Source: Thermodesulfobacteriota bacterium (lineage in GTDB: Bacteria; Desulfobacterota; Desulfobacteria; Desulfobacterales; SURF-7). Taken from it: a stretch of 64,000 nucleotides of DNA. The notes beneath the pieces were generated by a model. The model ran no database searches and was not told the DNA's origin. It was given only the letters and a program-made list of their open reading frames with translations. The stretch is from the NCBI GenBank assembly GCA_049320885.1, contig JBMORA010000028.1, forward strand, positions 1-64,000. Direction: 5' to 3'. This document shows, piece by piece, positions 28,047 through 38,434 of the stretch. The position numbers were made by a program, and so were the translations under genes. Each line of letters begins with the position of its first letter. Position 1 is the first letter of the stretch.

Positions 28047-30575
28047 TTACAGCATCCCCCGGATGGTCGCAGCCGCCCTTTCCGCCGAGGGCAGCATGGC
28101 GTTTTCCAGATTCTTGGCGTAGGGAATGGGACAGTCCGGCGCGCTGATCTTGACCGGCGCGGTTTTCAAGAGGCTGAATCCCGCCAGGGCCACCCGGGAG
28201 ATGACCTCGGAGCCGATGCTGTTGCTGAAATGGGCTTCCTCCAAGACGGCCAAGCGCCCGGTACGGGCCACGGACCCAAGAATGCTTTCGGTATCCAGGG
28301 GATAGAGGGTCACCAGATCGATGATTTCGGCCTCCACTCCTTCCCGTTCCAGGATCCCGGCCACGCTTTTGGCAATGCCCACTCCCAGGAGGTAGGTGAC
28401 GATGGTGACATCCCGCCCCGGCCGGACGGTCCGGGCCTTGCCGATGGGCAGGGTGTATTCCCCGGCGGGCGCTTTTCCGGATTCGGCGTACAGGAGCTTA
28501 TGCTCGAAGAACAGCACCGGGTTGTCCGAACGGATGGCCGATGCCAGCAACCCTTTGGCGGTGAAGGCGTCACTCGGCGCAACCACCATCAAACCGGGAA
28601 TGCCGCAAAAGAATTTTTCCATGGACTGGGAATGCTGGGCCGCCATGCCGATGCCGCTGCCCAGGGGGGTCCGAATCACCAGGGGAACCGACACCTGCCC
28701 GCCGGTCATGTAGCGCAATTTGGCCGCCTGATTGACGATGGGATCCATGCAGCAGGTCAAAAAATCGGCGAAGAGGATTTCCGCCACCGGCCGCATTCCG
28801 GTCATGGCCGCGCCCACGGCGCCGCCCACGAAAGCGTTCTCCGATATGGGGGTATCGATGATCCGGCCGGTTCCGAAACGATCCACCAGGCCTTCGGTGA
28901 CATTGAAATACCCTCCTAGGGTCACGTCCTCGCCCCACAGGAAAACGCGCTCATCCCGATCCATTTCCTGGGCCAGGGCCATATTGATGGCCTGGGATAC
29001 CGAAAATTCCGCCGCGTCGTCCGGCACCTGGAAACTCCCGGAAAAGAGGGCGCGGTCCTCGGGACTGTAAATGTCCCGGCTCAGTTCCCCGGGTTGGGGT
29101 TCGGGGGCCTGTTCGGCGAACCGGACCGCCGCCGCGATGGTTTCCCTGACGGTTCCGCGGAGCCCCTCCAGTTCCTCCGGTGACATCCCGCCGCCCACCA
29201 GCTCCTGCTCCAGGCGCCGGACGGGATCTGCTTTGGCATGCAGGGCCTTCTCTTCCGGACCGCGGTATTGCTGCTGATCCCCTTCCATATGGCCGTGCCA
29301 GCGGTAGGTCATCAGCTCCACCAGCCGCGGCCGACCGTCGGCCCGCATCCCGTCGATGATCCGGCCCACTTCCGCGAATACGGTGCGGGCATCGTTGCCG
29401 TCGAACCGGTGGGACGCGACGCCATAGGCCTCGGCCCTGCGAAACACCTCGGTGACCGCCGAGTGCCGCTCGATGGCGGTGAATTCCCCGTAGCGGTTGT
29501 TTTCCACCACCACCAGCACCGGCAGGTTGAATACGGCGATCATGTTCATGGCTTCGTGGAACATGCCTTGATTGACGGACCCGTCGCCGGCGATGACCAC
29601 TGAAATATCGTCGCTCTTGCGATAATGCTTGATGGAAAAACCGGCCCCCAGGGCCAGAAGGTAACCGGCGCCGACGATCCCGTTGGCCCCCAGCACGCCG
29701 ATCCGGCCGTCGGTGACATGCATGGAGCCGCCCTTGCCCTTGCAAAGGCCCTCGGCCTTGCCGTAAATTTCCGCCATCATCCGCTGGACGTCGGCGCCCT
29801 TGGCGATGATATGCCCGTGCCCGCGATGGGTGGTATTCAGGTAGTCGCTGTCCCGCAACTGCATACAGACTCCGGCGGCCACGGCTTCCTGTCCGATGGA
29901 CAGATGGATGGCCTCGGTGGGCAGACGGCCGGCCTGAAAGGCCTCCGCCAGATGCTGCTCGAAATAGCGGATGGTCAGCATGGCGGTCAGGAGGTCCACG
30001 GGGCCGACGTCTTTTCGCCCCCCCGCCCTTCCCGGACCGGACGCCGGTGTACCATGGCCGGCAAATTCCAGGGGGAATTCCGGAATCCGCTCCGGCTGGA
30101 CAGTTCCGCGTCGTTTGCCGAAAAACCATCCCAAACGTCGTCTGGCCTTGCGTTGCGGCGCCGCCGGCAACAGATCCGCCCTTCCCAGCTCCCGCAGAAT
30201 CCGGGGATAGAGGACAAAAGCCGGTTTCAAGGCCGGAACCAGTTTCAGGGCCTTTTGCACCGAGCCCTTGGCCACGATTTTCCGCGTGGCCAGCGCCAGG
30301 GGCACATTCAGTTGCTCCATCCAGAACAGATGGGCGGTTTCGGAGGAGAGAATCATTTCCACGTCGAAATCCCGGTTGTCCGGGTCGGCCCAGAAGTAAC
30401 GCGGCGTTTCGCCGCTGATATCGATCATCAGGGCCGTGGGGAAATCCGTATACCGGAACTTGGCGATGAGGCGGGAGCCGGAAACCGACCGAACGATTTC
30501 CGGGGTGGCGAAAATGGCCTCCCACAGAGCCGACAGCACCCGGACCAATTCTTCCTGGTTGTGAAACGCACCCAT
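28047..30575 (-). CDS. SCP2-like domain fused to ThDP-dependent E1 alpha and beta (acetoin/2-oxoacid dehydrogenase family)
   Basis: N-terminal FW...LNVPLALA.RKI..KG (SCP2-like); HLSIGQEA, THRGHGH, GDG...NN, TYRWHGH; DTPISE, AAQHSQS. Confidence 0.88.
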   Translation of the reverse strand: MGAFHNQEELVRVLSALWEAIFATPEIVRSVSGSRLIAKFRYTDFPTALMIDISGETPRYFWADPDNRDFDVEMILSSETAHLFWMEQLNVPLALATRKIVAKGSVQKALKLVPALKPAFVLYPRILRELGRADLLPAAPQRKARRRLGWFFGKRRGTVQPERIPEFPLEFAGHGTPASGPGRAGGRKDVGPVDLLTAMLTIRYFEQHLAEAFQAGRLPTEAIHLSIGQEAVAAGVCMQLRDSDYLNTTHRGHGHIIAKGADVQRMMAEIYGKAEGLCKGKGGSMHVTDGRIGVLGANGIVGAGYLLALGAGFSIKHYRKSDDISVVIAGDGSVNQGMFHEAMNMIAVFNLPVLVVVENNRYGEFTAIERHSAVTEVFRRAEAYGVASHRFDGNDARTVFAEVGRIIDGMRADGRPRLVELMTYRWHGHMEGDQQQYRGPEEKALHAKADPVRRLEQELVGGGMSPEELEGLRGTVRETIAAAVRFAEQAPEPQPGELSRDIYSPEDRALFSGSFQVPDDAAEFSVSQAINMALAQEMDRDERVFLWGEDVTLGGYFNVTEGLVDRFGTGRIIDTPISENAFVGGAVGAAMTGMRPVAEILFADFLTCCMDPIVNQAAKLRYMTGGQVSVPLVIRTPLGSGIGMAAQHSQSMEKFFCGIPGLMVVAPSDAFTAKGLLASAIRSDNPVLFFEHKLLYAESGKAPAGEYTLPIGKARTVRPGRDVTIVTYLLGVGIAKSVAGILEREGVEAEIIDLVTLYPLDTESILGSVARTGRLAVLEEAHFSNSIGSEVISRVALAGFSLLKTAPVKISAPDCPIPYAKNLENAMLPSAERAAATIRGML

Positions 30576-30585
30576 GAACGACCTC

Positions 30586-31578
30586 CTACCATTTGGCGTA
30601 ATGATCCTCGGCCCAGGCCGGGCAGTTGTCCAGCCGCACCTGTTCGCCGGCGTCGGTGGTCAGGCGGCCTTCCAGGGTGCCCATGAGCTGGGTGAAACGG
30701 GAGGCGATGAGCCCCACGTGGATTTTCTCGCTCCGCTCGCGTTCCGGATGAAACAACAGCTCCACCTTGCCGTCCTGGGAAGCCATCCGCCACGGTCGAT
30801 ACAAATCCCGGGAGTCGAAAACGAAATTGACCGTGTCGACCTTGGTCATGACGCCGTCCAGCCAGAAGGCATTCTCGGTGAAACCGGTTTCGTTCACCCC
30901 GCAGGCCAGGTTCAGACCGAAAGTCCGGCCGTCCTTAAGGGTGGCGGCGGTGGCGGCCCAGTTCCAACAGGTGTGTTTGCGCATGAACCCTCCGGTCCAG
31001 TCCATCAGGCCCATATATTCCGGCGACGCCACCGCATGGGTTTTGCCGTTGCAGAAAATCGTGCCTTTCACGGGGATGGGGCTGGTCTTCTGGGTGTACA
31101 CCCAGCCGCGGTATCCGGCCCGGGTGCAGATCCGCAAGGGTCTGGTCTTTTCCAGGGCTGTTTCGATCTCAAGCCGGATGTTCCGGCCCTCGGCCTCCAT
31201 CCGGTTGCCCTTCATGGAGATCCGGAAATCCCCGGACTCAAAGACGCTGTCCACCTGCGCGGGATTCAGGCGGATGCAGGTCTTGCCGCCGGGAAGGGCC
31301 AGCTTCTTGGTTTCGATCACCTCTTTTTTCCCACGGTCATAGAGATAGAAAAACCCGTTGGTGACGAGTTTGAGGTTCACCACGGCCATGCCGGCCATCA
31401 ATTCCGGCCCCATCAACCCGAAAAAATGAAACTGGTTGAACTTGAGGGACTTGAGAAATCCGGGCACCGGCAATCCCATGGGAGTGCGCAGGCTATAATC
31501 GCCGAAATTGAGTTCCCCGATCACGTCATCGTAAATGCCGAATGCAATGGTGCCGTCCTGCTCGACCAGTTTGCGCAT
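30586..31578 (-). CDS. DUF2804 family protein
   Basis: W.YTQK, DW..G......WNWA, GLNLACGVNETG.TEN..W.DG, S.F.Q..G, EDHYAKW. Confidence 0.8.
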   Translation of the reverse strand: MRKLVEQDGTIAFGIYDDVIGELNFGDYSLRTPMGLPVPGFLKSLKFNQFHFFGLMGPELMAGMAVVNLKLVTNGFFYLYDRGKKEVIETKKLALPGGKTCIRLNPAQVDSVFESGDFRISMKGNRMEAEGRNIRLEIETALEKTRPLRICTRAGYRGWVYTQKTSPIPVKGTIFCNGKTHAVASPEYMGLMDWTGGFMRKHTCWNWAATAATLKDGRTFGLNLACGVNETGFTENAFWLDGVMTKVDTVNFVFDSRDLYRPWRMASQDGKVELLFHPERERSEKIHVGLIASRFTQLMGTLEGRLTTDAGEQVRLDNCPAWAEDHYAKW

Positions 31579-31672
31579 TTTTCCTCCCTTGAACCTGTTA
31601 GAATGCCCGGTTTGATATAAAACGCCCGGTCTTCCGCCCCCGGGATCAACAACCGGATTCCAAAAACGGACA

Positions 31673-32158
31673 TTAAAAAAAGAACCGGATTCCGATCCCG
31701 CCTTCCAGATCGAAATCCGTATCCGGCGTGAGATTCAATACCGGCGCGATTTCGGCGAAAGCGCCCAGGGGCAGATCGGCGAATTGATATTCGACTCCGG
31801 CCGGAATGCGCACCCCGAATTTATCGTCCTTCTTGTCCCGGCTCAGGAACCGGAGCCCGGCGCCGAAATACACGGGCAGCCGGCCCTTGGGAACCCGAAT
31901 CAGATGATACAGGTGATACAGACCAGTGCCATACACATGCAATTGATCGTCGCTGCTGGTGGACCAGCCGGCGCCGCCGTCGATGGAAATGGCCTGATCG
32001 ATATTGAATTTCACCGTTATTCCCGTGGGGACTCCCGCCACCACGCCGATGCCGAATTGCTTTTGTGGCCCCGTTGTGTTCCGCGAAGACCGGGCCCATG
32101 CGGTCGGCGGGGAGAAGCTGGCGGAAACGAGCAACAGAAGGAGAATCCATTGATACAT
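31673..32158 (-). CDS. Small outer-membrane beta-barrel protein
   Basis: Signal peptide; FGIG...G.PTGIT.K; GVRIP.G; terminal GGIGIRFFF. Confidence 0.7.
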   Translation of the reverse strand: MYQWILLLLLVSASFSPPTAWARSSRNTTGPQKQFGIGVVAGVPTGITVKFNIDQAISIDGGAGWSTSSDDQLHVYGTGLYHLYHLIRVPKGRLPVYFGAGLRFLSRDKKDDKFGVRIPAGVEYQFADLPLGAFAEIAPVLNLTPDTDFDLEGGIGIRFFF

Positions 32159-32283
32159 GCGGGGCTCCTTTTATCAGTGAGGTTGTATTGACTCTGCCAA
32201 TAAATGAAACCGGATGAAGAATCAAGTGTTTTCAGCCGGAATTTGTCTTGCAATCCACTCCGGATGGGATACATTGCCCGGTC

Positions 32284-33159
32284 ATGAAGCGCGCCGTCTG
32301 GTTTCCCGTCTATTGTCTGATCCTGGCCATGGTTCTCTGGGCCAGCTCTTTCATCGCCCTGAAACTGGCCTTTCGCGCCTATCACCCCATGGTGGTCATC
32401 TTCGGGCGCATGCTGACGGCCAGTATCTTTTTTGCATTTCTATGGCCGCGGTTCCGGTCCATTCCCTTTAACCGAAGGGATGCGAAATTCATCCTGCTGA
32501 TGGCCTTCTGCGAGCCCTGTCTGTATTTTCTGTTCGAGGCCAAGGCCATCCAGAACACAACGGCCTCCCAGGCCGGCATGATCACCGCCATACTGCCCCT
32601 GATGGTGGCCGTCGCCGCGCATTTCGTCCTGAAAGAGCGCATCGGCGGGCGTACCCTGGCCGGTTTCTTCCTGGCCATTTTCGGGGCCTGCTGGCTCAGC
32701 GTCGGCGGCCGGCCCTCGGCGGACGCCCCCAATCCCGTGTTGGGAAATTTTTTGGAATTCATGGCCATGGTATGCGCCACCGGCTATACCATTACCCTGA
32801 AGCGGTTGACGCCGGTGTATCCCCCCCTTTTCCTCACCGGCATCCAGGCGTTTGTCGGCACTCTTTTTTTTCTGCCTTTTTTGTTCCTGCCCGCCACCAC
32901 CCTTCCCGATTCCCTGGAACCCATCCCGGCAGCGGCGATCTTCTATCTGGGGGCCGTCATCACGCTGGGAGCCTACGGGCTCTATAACTTCGGCGTCAGC
33001 CGGATACCCGCCAGCCAGGCTTCGGCCTTTGTCAATCTGATTCCGGTATTTACGGTCTTACTGGGCTGGCTGATCCTGGGCGAAACCCTCACCATGAGCC
33101 AGTGCGCGGCGGCCGTGGTGGTGTTCATGGGCGTCATGATGAGTCAAAAATGGGGTTAG
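32284..33159 (+). CDS. DMT/EamA family transporter
   Basis: LWASSF, LKE, AS.ASAFVNLIPVF..LLG.LILGE; about 10 TM helices. Confidence 0.88.
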   Translation: MKRAVWFPVYCLILAMVLWASSFIALKLAFRAYHPMVVIFGRMLTASIFFAFLWPRFRSIPFNRRDAKFILLMAFCEPCLYFLFEAKAIQNTTASQAGMITAILPLMVAVAAHFVLKERIGGRTLAGFFLAIFGACWLSVGGRPSADAPNPVLGNFLEFMAMVCATGYTITLKRLTPVYPPLFLTGIQAFVGTLFFLPFLFLPATTLPDSLEPIPAAAIFYLGAVITLGAYGLYNFGVSRIPASQASAFVNLIPVFTVLLGWLILGETLTMSQCAAAVVVFMGVMMSQKWG

Positions 33160-33824
33160 ATGCCGGGCAAATTCTCCACCAGCCAGTCGAAAAAAAGCAC
33201 GAACAGGCCGATGGGCGCCAGCAGCCCCAGCACGGAGCCGATGACGTAATCCCGGAAACGGATATTCGTCAGCGCCATGGCGTAATTGAGGGACGGATGC
33301 AGCAATAAGAAAGTCCGGAGGAAAATGATGCTGCGGACGGGCTGTTGATCCAGTCGGGACAGGATCCTGCGGATCCAGGGTTTTTCAATGTCGCTGAACG
33401 GACGGCCGCCGATGAGCCGCATCAATTGAAAGCTCACGCAGATGGCGACGGTCCCCCCGACCATGGCCAGGATAAAACCCGTGGTGCGACCGTACACATA
33501 GACCCCGGCGGCCACGAAAAGCAGACCAAAGACATGGCATATCTCACCGATGACGAACAGCAGGATGTACAGGAGGTATCCCCAGGCGCCGGCATCGGCG
33601 ATGGTTTTCCGGAGGGTCCGCAGGTTGAAGAACTCCTGTATTCCCAGATAATGGGCCAGGATCAACAGGAGGGCAACCGTCAGAACGACGGCGACCAGAC
33701 GGATATGCCGATACGAATCGGAAGAAAGACGGGATGTTCGATGGCCGCTCACGTTGAAACCGCTAACAGAAAAAGCGGAGAAAAGCAACTCTCCGCTTTC
33801 TGTCCGTCGGCCGTCGGCCGGCAT
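33156..33824 (-). CDS. DedA/TVP38 (VTT domain) membrane protein
   Basis: Hydrophobic; FLR.......LNYAMALT.IRFRDY..GS.LG; start uncertain. Confidence 0.75.
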   Translation of the reverse strand: MPADGRRTESGELLFSAFSVSGFNVSGHRTSRLSSDSYRHIRLVAVVLTVALLLILAHYLGIQEFFNLRTLRKTIADAGAWGYLLYILLFVIGEICHVFGLLFVAAGVYVYGRTTGFILAMVGGTVAICVSFQLMRLIGGRPFSDIEKPWIRRILSRLDQQPVRSIIFLRTFLLLHPSLNYAMALTNIRFRDYVIGSVLGLLAPIGLFVLFFDWLVENLPGI

Positions 33825-33896
33825 GCGCGGGCCGGAACAACCTCGCTGATGTGGCCGGCATCCGCCGCGGGGATACGGGACGCCGGGGGGATGGGG

Positions 33897-34511
33897 TCAA
33901 CCCGCCTTTTTCATTTCGACGCTCTTGGGCACGCCTTCGAAAGGCGTCCATTTGCCGCTCTTCAGGCTCTTGGGATCCCGCATTTCCTTCAGAATTTCAA
34001 TGCTGGTCTTGTACCCTTTGTGGAGACGGCAGATATCGATGCTCAACCCCGCGATCTGCGCCAGGGCCTGGACCAGATTCACGTCGTTCAGCGTGAATTC
34101 CCAAGGATCGGCTGTATACACCCGCAATGCGCCGATCATGTTGCCGTGGATCACGATGGGGACGGACAGAATCGACTTGATGCCCTCTTTCTTGGCTGCT
34201 TCGGGATACTGAATCCGCGGGTCATCGCTGATGTCATAAATCGCCACGGGTCCCTCCTGCATGGACTGGGCAATGGATTTCAGCGCACTGACAGGGCCCT
34301 TATTGAGATATTCCTGGCTCAATCCGTGAGCAGCGACGATTTCCAGTTCATTGGTTTTGCTGTTCATCAGAAACATGGCGCATCCCTTTGCCTTGAGAGC
34401 GCTCCTCACGCCATCCACCGTCATCAGAGCCACCTCCTCCGGCTCCTTGCTCATGGTGATGGCCCTGCTCAGTCGCAACAATGTATCGTAATTCATGGCA
34501 TGGTGACTCAT
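33897..34511 (-). CDS. Stand-alone GAF domain protein
   Basis: GLSQEYLNKGP, DPRIQYP..A.KEGI.SILSVPI, IGALRVYT; RBS AAGGAGG. Confidence 0.85.
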   Translation of the reverse strand: MSHHAMNYDTLLRLSRAITMSKEPEEVALMTVDGVRSALKAKGCAMFLMNSKTNELEIVAAHGLSQEYLNKGPVSALKSIAQSMQEGPVAIYDISDDPRIQYPEAAKKEGIKSILSVPIVIHGNMIGALRVYTADPWEFTLNDVNLVQALAQIAGLSIDICRLHKGYKTSIEILKEMRDPKSLKSGKWTPFEGVPKSVEMKKAG

Positions 34512-34791
34512 ACGCACCTCCTTCTGGATAAAAAGGGTGAACCACGGATGCTGCCTGCGAAGGTCGGCCCTGAAATCAGGTAACCGCATGGCGGTTCATG
34601 GCCTCTGGATGAAACAGCAAAAGCGCTTCAACAAAACAAACCGGACATCGTTACAGACGGACCGGCGGCAAGGGAACAGGACACACCAGTTGCGATGGGA
34701 GAGCTGGCATTCACATGACAGCGAAAATGAGTGGATTACGAATGGAATACCTATATCGGATTATGGCGGGAGCTGTCAAGCAAAGAACCGT

Positions 34792-35190
34792 TCAGTGCAG
34801 CATGGACGGGGAATTGCCCATCATCTTGTGCAACACGTCCCGGACATCGGAAAAATCGCTGTCGGCATAGCCGACGTAACGGGGACGCAATGCATGCCCC
34901 TGGGCAATGGTCTGGCTTTCATGGTCCGGCAGGATGACGATTACATGAGTGCGCAGCAGCAAATCGCGGAAAGGCAGCAAATCCCGCAGTTCGCTTTCCG
35001 TGGACTCGAAAATCACCGTGGCCGCGACACCATGCTGGGGGTTCCGCAGGATCCGAACGAGGTTTTTCGCGCTCCGCACCACAATGATATTCTTGTTGAC
35101 GGCGACCCCTTCGACGATTTTCTGCAGCCGGGCTCCGTTGCGATGCTCCGGGTTCAAGAGCAAGAGGATGTTTTCGTTTTCCATTCCCAT
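34792..35190 (-). CDS. Hypothetical protein, degenerate receiver-like
   Basis: IVILPD......AQGH.LRPRY motif; no canonical acidic pocket. Confidence 0.55.
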   Translation of the reverse strand: MGMENENILLLLNPEHRNGARLQKIVEGVAVNKNIIVVRSAKNLVRILRNPQHGVAATVIFESTESELRDLLPFRDLLLRTHVIVILPDHESQTIAQGHALRPRYVGYADSDFSDVRDVLHKMMGNSPSMLH

Positions 35191-35254
35191 GGCGATCCTT
35201 TTCAGTATTATGAATCATCAGGTTGACATACCCTGGCAACCTGTCTAAATATCA

Positions 35255-35270
35255 TTCAAAAAGCAGGCCA
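35255..35270 (-). promoter_or_regulatory. Sigma54-like promoter variant
   Basis: TGGCCTGCTTTTTGAA (GG-N10-GA) upstream of 35190. Confidence 0.4.
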
Positions 35271-35412
35271 AGATCATGGAAAAACCGATAAATATATTTT
35301 TATTTCATTTCAGTATTTTATATAATAAGCTGCCTCTCCCGGCCAATGATTTCCCCGGTGCCGGCGGGAAATGTTCTGTGCAATTGGACAAAATTCCAAC
35401 AGAAATGGACGG

Positions 35413-36477
35413 TTACCCGCGGGCAATCGGTTTGTCGCTGCGTTGTCGGTGCAATTCCGCCACCCGCCGATCCATGATGGCCCGCCAGAGCGGGGGAACG
35501 GCCGCCAGCAGCACCATGCCGGCGTAGCCCGTGGGCAGCTGGGGGCTTTCCTCGAAATGCCGCAAGGCCTGATATCGTCTTCCCGGTTTGTAATGATGGT
35601 CGGAATGCCGCTGGAGATTAAACAGAAACCGATTGGTCAGCCAGTTGCTGGAATTCCAGGAATGCAGCGGCGTCACGGGCTCATGGCGGTTTCCCGGGAT
35701 TTCCCTTCTAAAAAGACCGTAATGTTCCACGTAATTCACTATTTCCAAGAGTGAAATCGCGATGAAAGCCTGTAAAATAAAAAATATCAACCCTTTCCAT
35801 CCGAACATGATCGCGACGAACAAGATCAAAACAGATTGCAGCAGAAGACCGGAGGCGACCCGATTCCGAAGATTCCAGGGGCCCAGGCCGTTCCGGCGAA
35901 GCCGCTCGGCTTCGAATCGAAAGGCGCTGCCGAACCCCCCGAAAACCGTTCGCGGCCAGAAGGCATAAAAAGATTCTCCGAAACGGGCGGTCGCCGGGTC
36001 GGCCTGGGTGGCCACACGGCGATGATGTCCCACCACATGCTCCAATCCCCAGTGCATGTAACAAACCGTGCACAGCATGATTTTGGAAAGGAGCGGCTCC
36101 ATTTTTTCATTGACCCGGTGGGCCAGTTCATGGGCGACATTGATCCCCATCACGCCCGAGGAAACACCGACGGAAGCCGCCATCCCGCAATATTCCAGAA
36201 CCGAAAAACCGCCGCCGGAAGCCAGGCGGCAGGCCCAGAACACCAGCAGGACCTGCAGCGGGGCGCATATCCAGGTGACTATCCGATATCCTACCCTTGT
36301 TTCCAGTTGCCGGAGTTCATCCCCACTCGGGTTGTTCGTTTCCCTTCCGATGATGACATCCAGGATCGGAACCACGCCGAACACCATCAGCGGTGTCAAA
36401 AAAGTATACCAGCCACCCAGGACGGTTCCGGCAATAACACTTATCGGCACAAGATAAACTAATGTAAACGACCACAT
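35413..36477 (-). CDS. alkB: Alkane 1-monooxygenase (membrane di-iron hydroxylase)
   Basis: His boxes AHELAH, EHVVGHH, NYVEHYG, LQRHSDHH; DPATARFGES; PQLPTGY; RBS GGGGAG. Confidence 0.92.
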   Translation of the reverse strand: MWSFTLVYLVPISVIAGTVLGGWYTFLTPLMVFGVVPILDVIIGRETNNPSGDELRQLETRVGYRIVTWICAPLQVLLVFWACRLASGGGFSVLEYCGMAASVGVSSGVMGINVAHELAHRVNEKMEPLLSKIMLCTVCYMHWGLEHVVGHHRRVATQADPATARFGESFYAFWPRTVFGGFGSAFRFEAERLRRNGLGPWNLRNRVASGLLLQSVLILFVAIMFGWKGLIFFILQAFIAISLLEIVNYVEHYGLFRREIPGNRHEPVTPLHSWNSSNWLTNRFLFNLQRHSDHHYKPGRRYQALRHFEESPQLPTGYAGMVLLAAVPPLWRAIMDRRVAELHRQRSDKPIARG

Positions 36478-36618
36478 ATCAGTATTCTCCCCGCTATTTT
36501 TAATAGTGTATAGTTTTACTTTTCACTATATAGTTCAAGCAGGTGGGGAATTCAAGCGGAATTCCGCAGAATCACTGTCCCCGGCGGAATGGAAAAAAGA
36601 GGAAGTCGGTCTTGGTTC

Positions 36619-38103
36619 TCAGCCGCAATGATCGGAGATGGAACTCTTTTCCGTTACCGTGACCGGAATCCGGATCAGAAAGACCACCCCCTGTTCCGGG
36701 GTGCTGGTGCACTCGATGCTGCCGCCCAATGAATGGCTCACCAGGTTGTACAGGATGGACATTCCCAACCCCGTGCCGCCGTAAGTCCGTTTGGTGGTGA
36801 AAAACGGATCGTATATTTTTTCCAGGGTCCCTTTGTCCATGCCCCTGCCGTTATCCGTGTAACAGAAAGAAATCCAGCCGCCCTCCGAACGGAAATCCAT
36901 GCGGATCTCCCCCTGCGCAACTCCGTCGAAACCATGGACCAGGGAATTCATGATCAGGTTGGTGACCATCTGGGAGATGGCCCCCGGGTAGCTTTCCATT
37001 TCAATATGTTCCGGACAATGCATCACGATCATATGCCGGGTGGTCCGGATCTTCGGCTGCAGACTGCACAGCAGCTGATCCATATAGGTCTTGAGGTTGA
37101 ATTTCCGAACGGTTTCGCTGGTCCGGTCGGCCGCCACCTGTTTGAAGCTTTTCACCAGCAGGGCCGCCCGATCCAGATTGCTCAGGATCATCGAAGACGT
37201 TTCCGTATTTTTATGAATATATTTTTCCAGATCCGTGCGGGTCATTTTCCCGGAAACGAACTGGGCCTGGAGCTTCCGGCTGATATCCTCCAGAAAAGAT
37301 GCGGCGGTGATGCCGATTCCCAGGGGTGTATTGATTTCATGGGCGACACCGGCCACCAGTCTTCCCAGCGAGGCCATTTTTTCCGTCTGGATCAATTGCT
37401 GCTGGGTCATCCTCAAGGTTTCCATCGAAGTCAGCAGGGCCTCGTTGGCTCTCTCGGCGCGGTTTTTGGCGGCGGCCAGTTTCCGCTGCTCCTCCTGCAG
37501 CTGCGAGTGCTCCCTGTTCAGGCGTTCCTGATAAATGAACCGGGTGGATTCAAAAATGAAGGCCATGCTGCTGAGAACCAGAAAACTGATAAGGTAGCGA
37601 ACGATAAATTCCGGATGATAATTCACTCCCCCCATCAGGGATGGCATGGGCGATAGAAACAGGATGATCAGCCCCAGAAACTGGCTCAGCACCCAGATCC
37701 CCCCTTCCCGTTTGCCCAGCAGGAAAAAAGCGACCATGGGGAAGGAGAAGGTCCACAGACTCATGGAGCCCTGCGGGCCGCCCCGGGCGGTGAAAATCAA
37801 TGTCAGGGCGCTGAACAGCCAGACACAGATCCGATAGAGCCATTTCGCATGACGGATGCGATGCAGGAAGGCCAGGGATACCCCCATGCCGGTGGCGACG
37901 GCGATGTCCACCAGGGCCAGACCGAACGTCCGGTTGTGGATGTGATAGATCCCGAAAGCATACAGGGTGGGTATGCCGATGAACAGAAACAGGGCCATCA
38001 GCACCCTTCTTCGCCGTTCCTCCAGCTGATGCTCCGTTCCGATCACTGCCGTCAAGAACCGCTGGAAGTGCTTTTCCGGGTTGTATAACCAATCACGCAT
38101 CAT
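36619..38103 (-). CDS. Multi-TM sensor histidine kinase
   Basis: About 6 TM helices; HEINTPLG, FKQVA.D, NSLVHGF, DNGRGM, GTGLGM; start uncertain. Confidence 0.88.
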   Translation of the reverse strand: MMRDWLYNPEKHFQRFLTAVIGTEHQLEERRRRVLMALFLFIGIPTLYAFGIYHIHNRTFGLALVDIAVATGMGVSLAFLHRIRHAKWLYRICVWLFSALTLIFTARGGPQGSMSLWTFSFPMVAFFLLGKREGGIWVLSQFLGLIILFLSPMPSLMGGVNYHPEFIVRYLISFLVLSSMAFIFESTRFIYQERLNREHSQLQEEQRKLAAAKNRAERANEALLTSMETLRMTQQQLIQTEKMASLGRLVAGVAHEINTPLGIGITAASFLEDISRKLQAQFVSGKMTRTDLEKYIHKNTETSSMILSNLDRAALLVKSFKQVAADRTSETVRKFNLKTYMDQLLCSLQPKIRTTRHMIVMHCPEHIEMESYPGAISQMVTNLIMNSLVHGFDGVAQGEIRMDFRSEGGWISFCYTDNGRGMDKGTLEKIYDPFFTTKRTYGGTGLGMSILYNLVSHSLGGSIECTSTPEQGVVFLIRIPVTVTEKSSISDHCG

Positions 38104-38434
38104 ACCGGCATCCCATGAATCCTTCCAGGTGATGGTCCAATGAAACTCTTTTTGCGAAAACCCGCCCCCGAAAGGCGGTCCTGTCACATCCTCGGGCAGG
38201 TCCGGAAAGTATGACGCAACCGGGATATCAAAGTCAACCGTTTGTGATTCAAGCTCCCTGCGGAGCGATGGCGAACCGCTCAGCGAGGTGTCGCGCCTCC
38301 GCCTTGTCCGCAAATTTATCTTTTTCAGATGAGTTGGAATGTGATAGTGTTGCATTGAAATCAAATGAAGTCAAAACCGGCCGGGATTCTTTCGGTCCTC
38401 AACCGCAACCATCAATAATACGCCCGCAGAAACC

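Noticed and set aside
28951..30525. 524-aa alternative-frame ORF
   Set aside because: Arg/Gly/Pro-rich off-frame product within the E1 fusion gene
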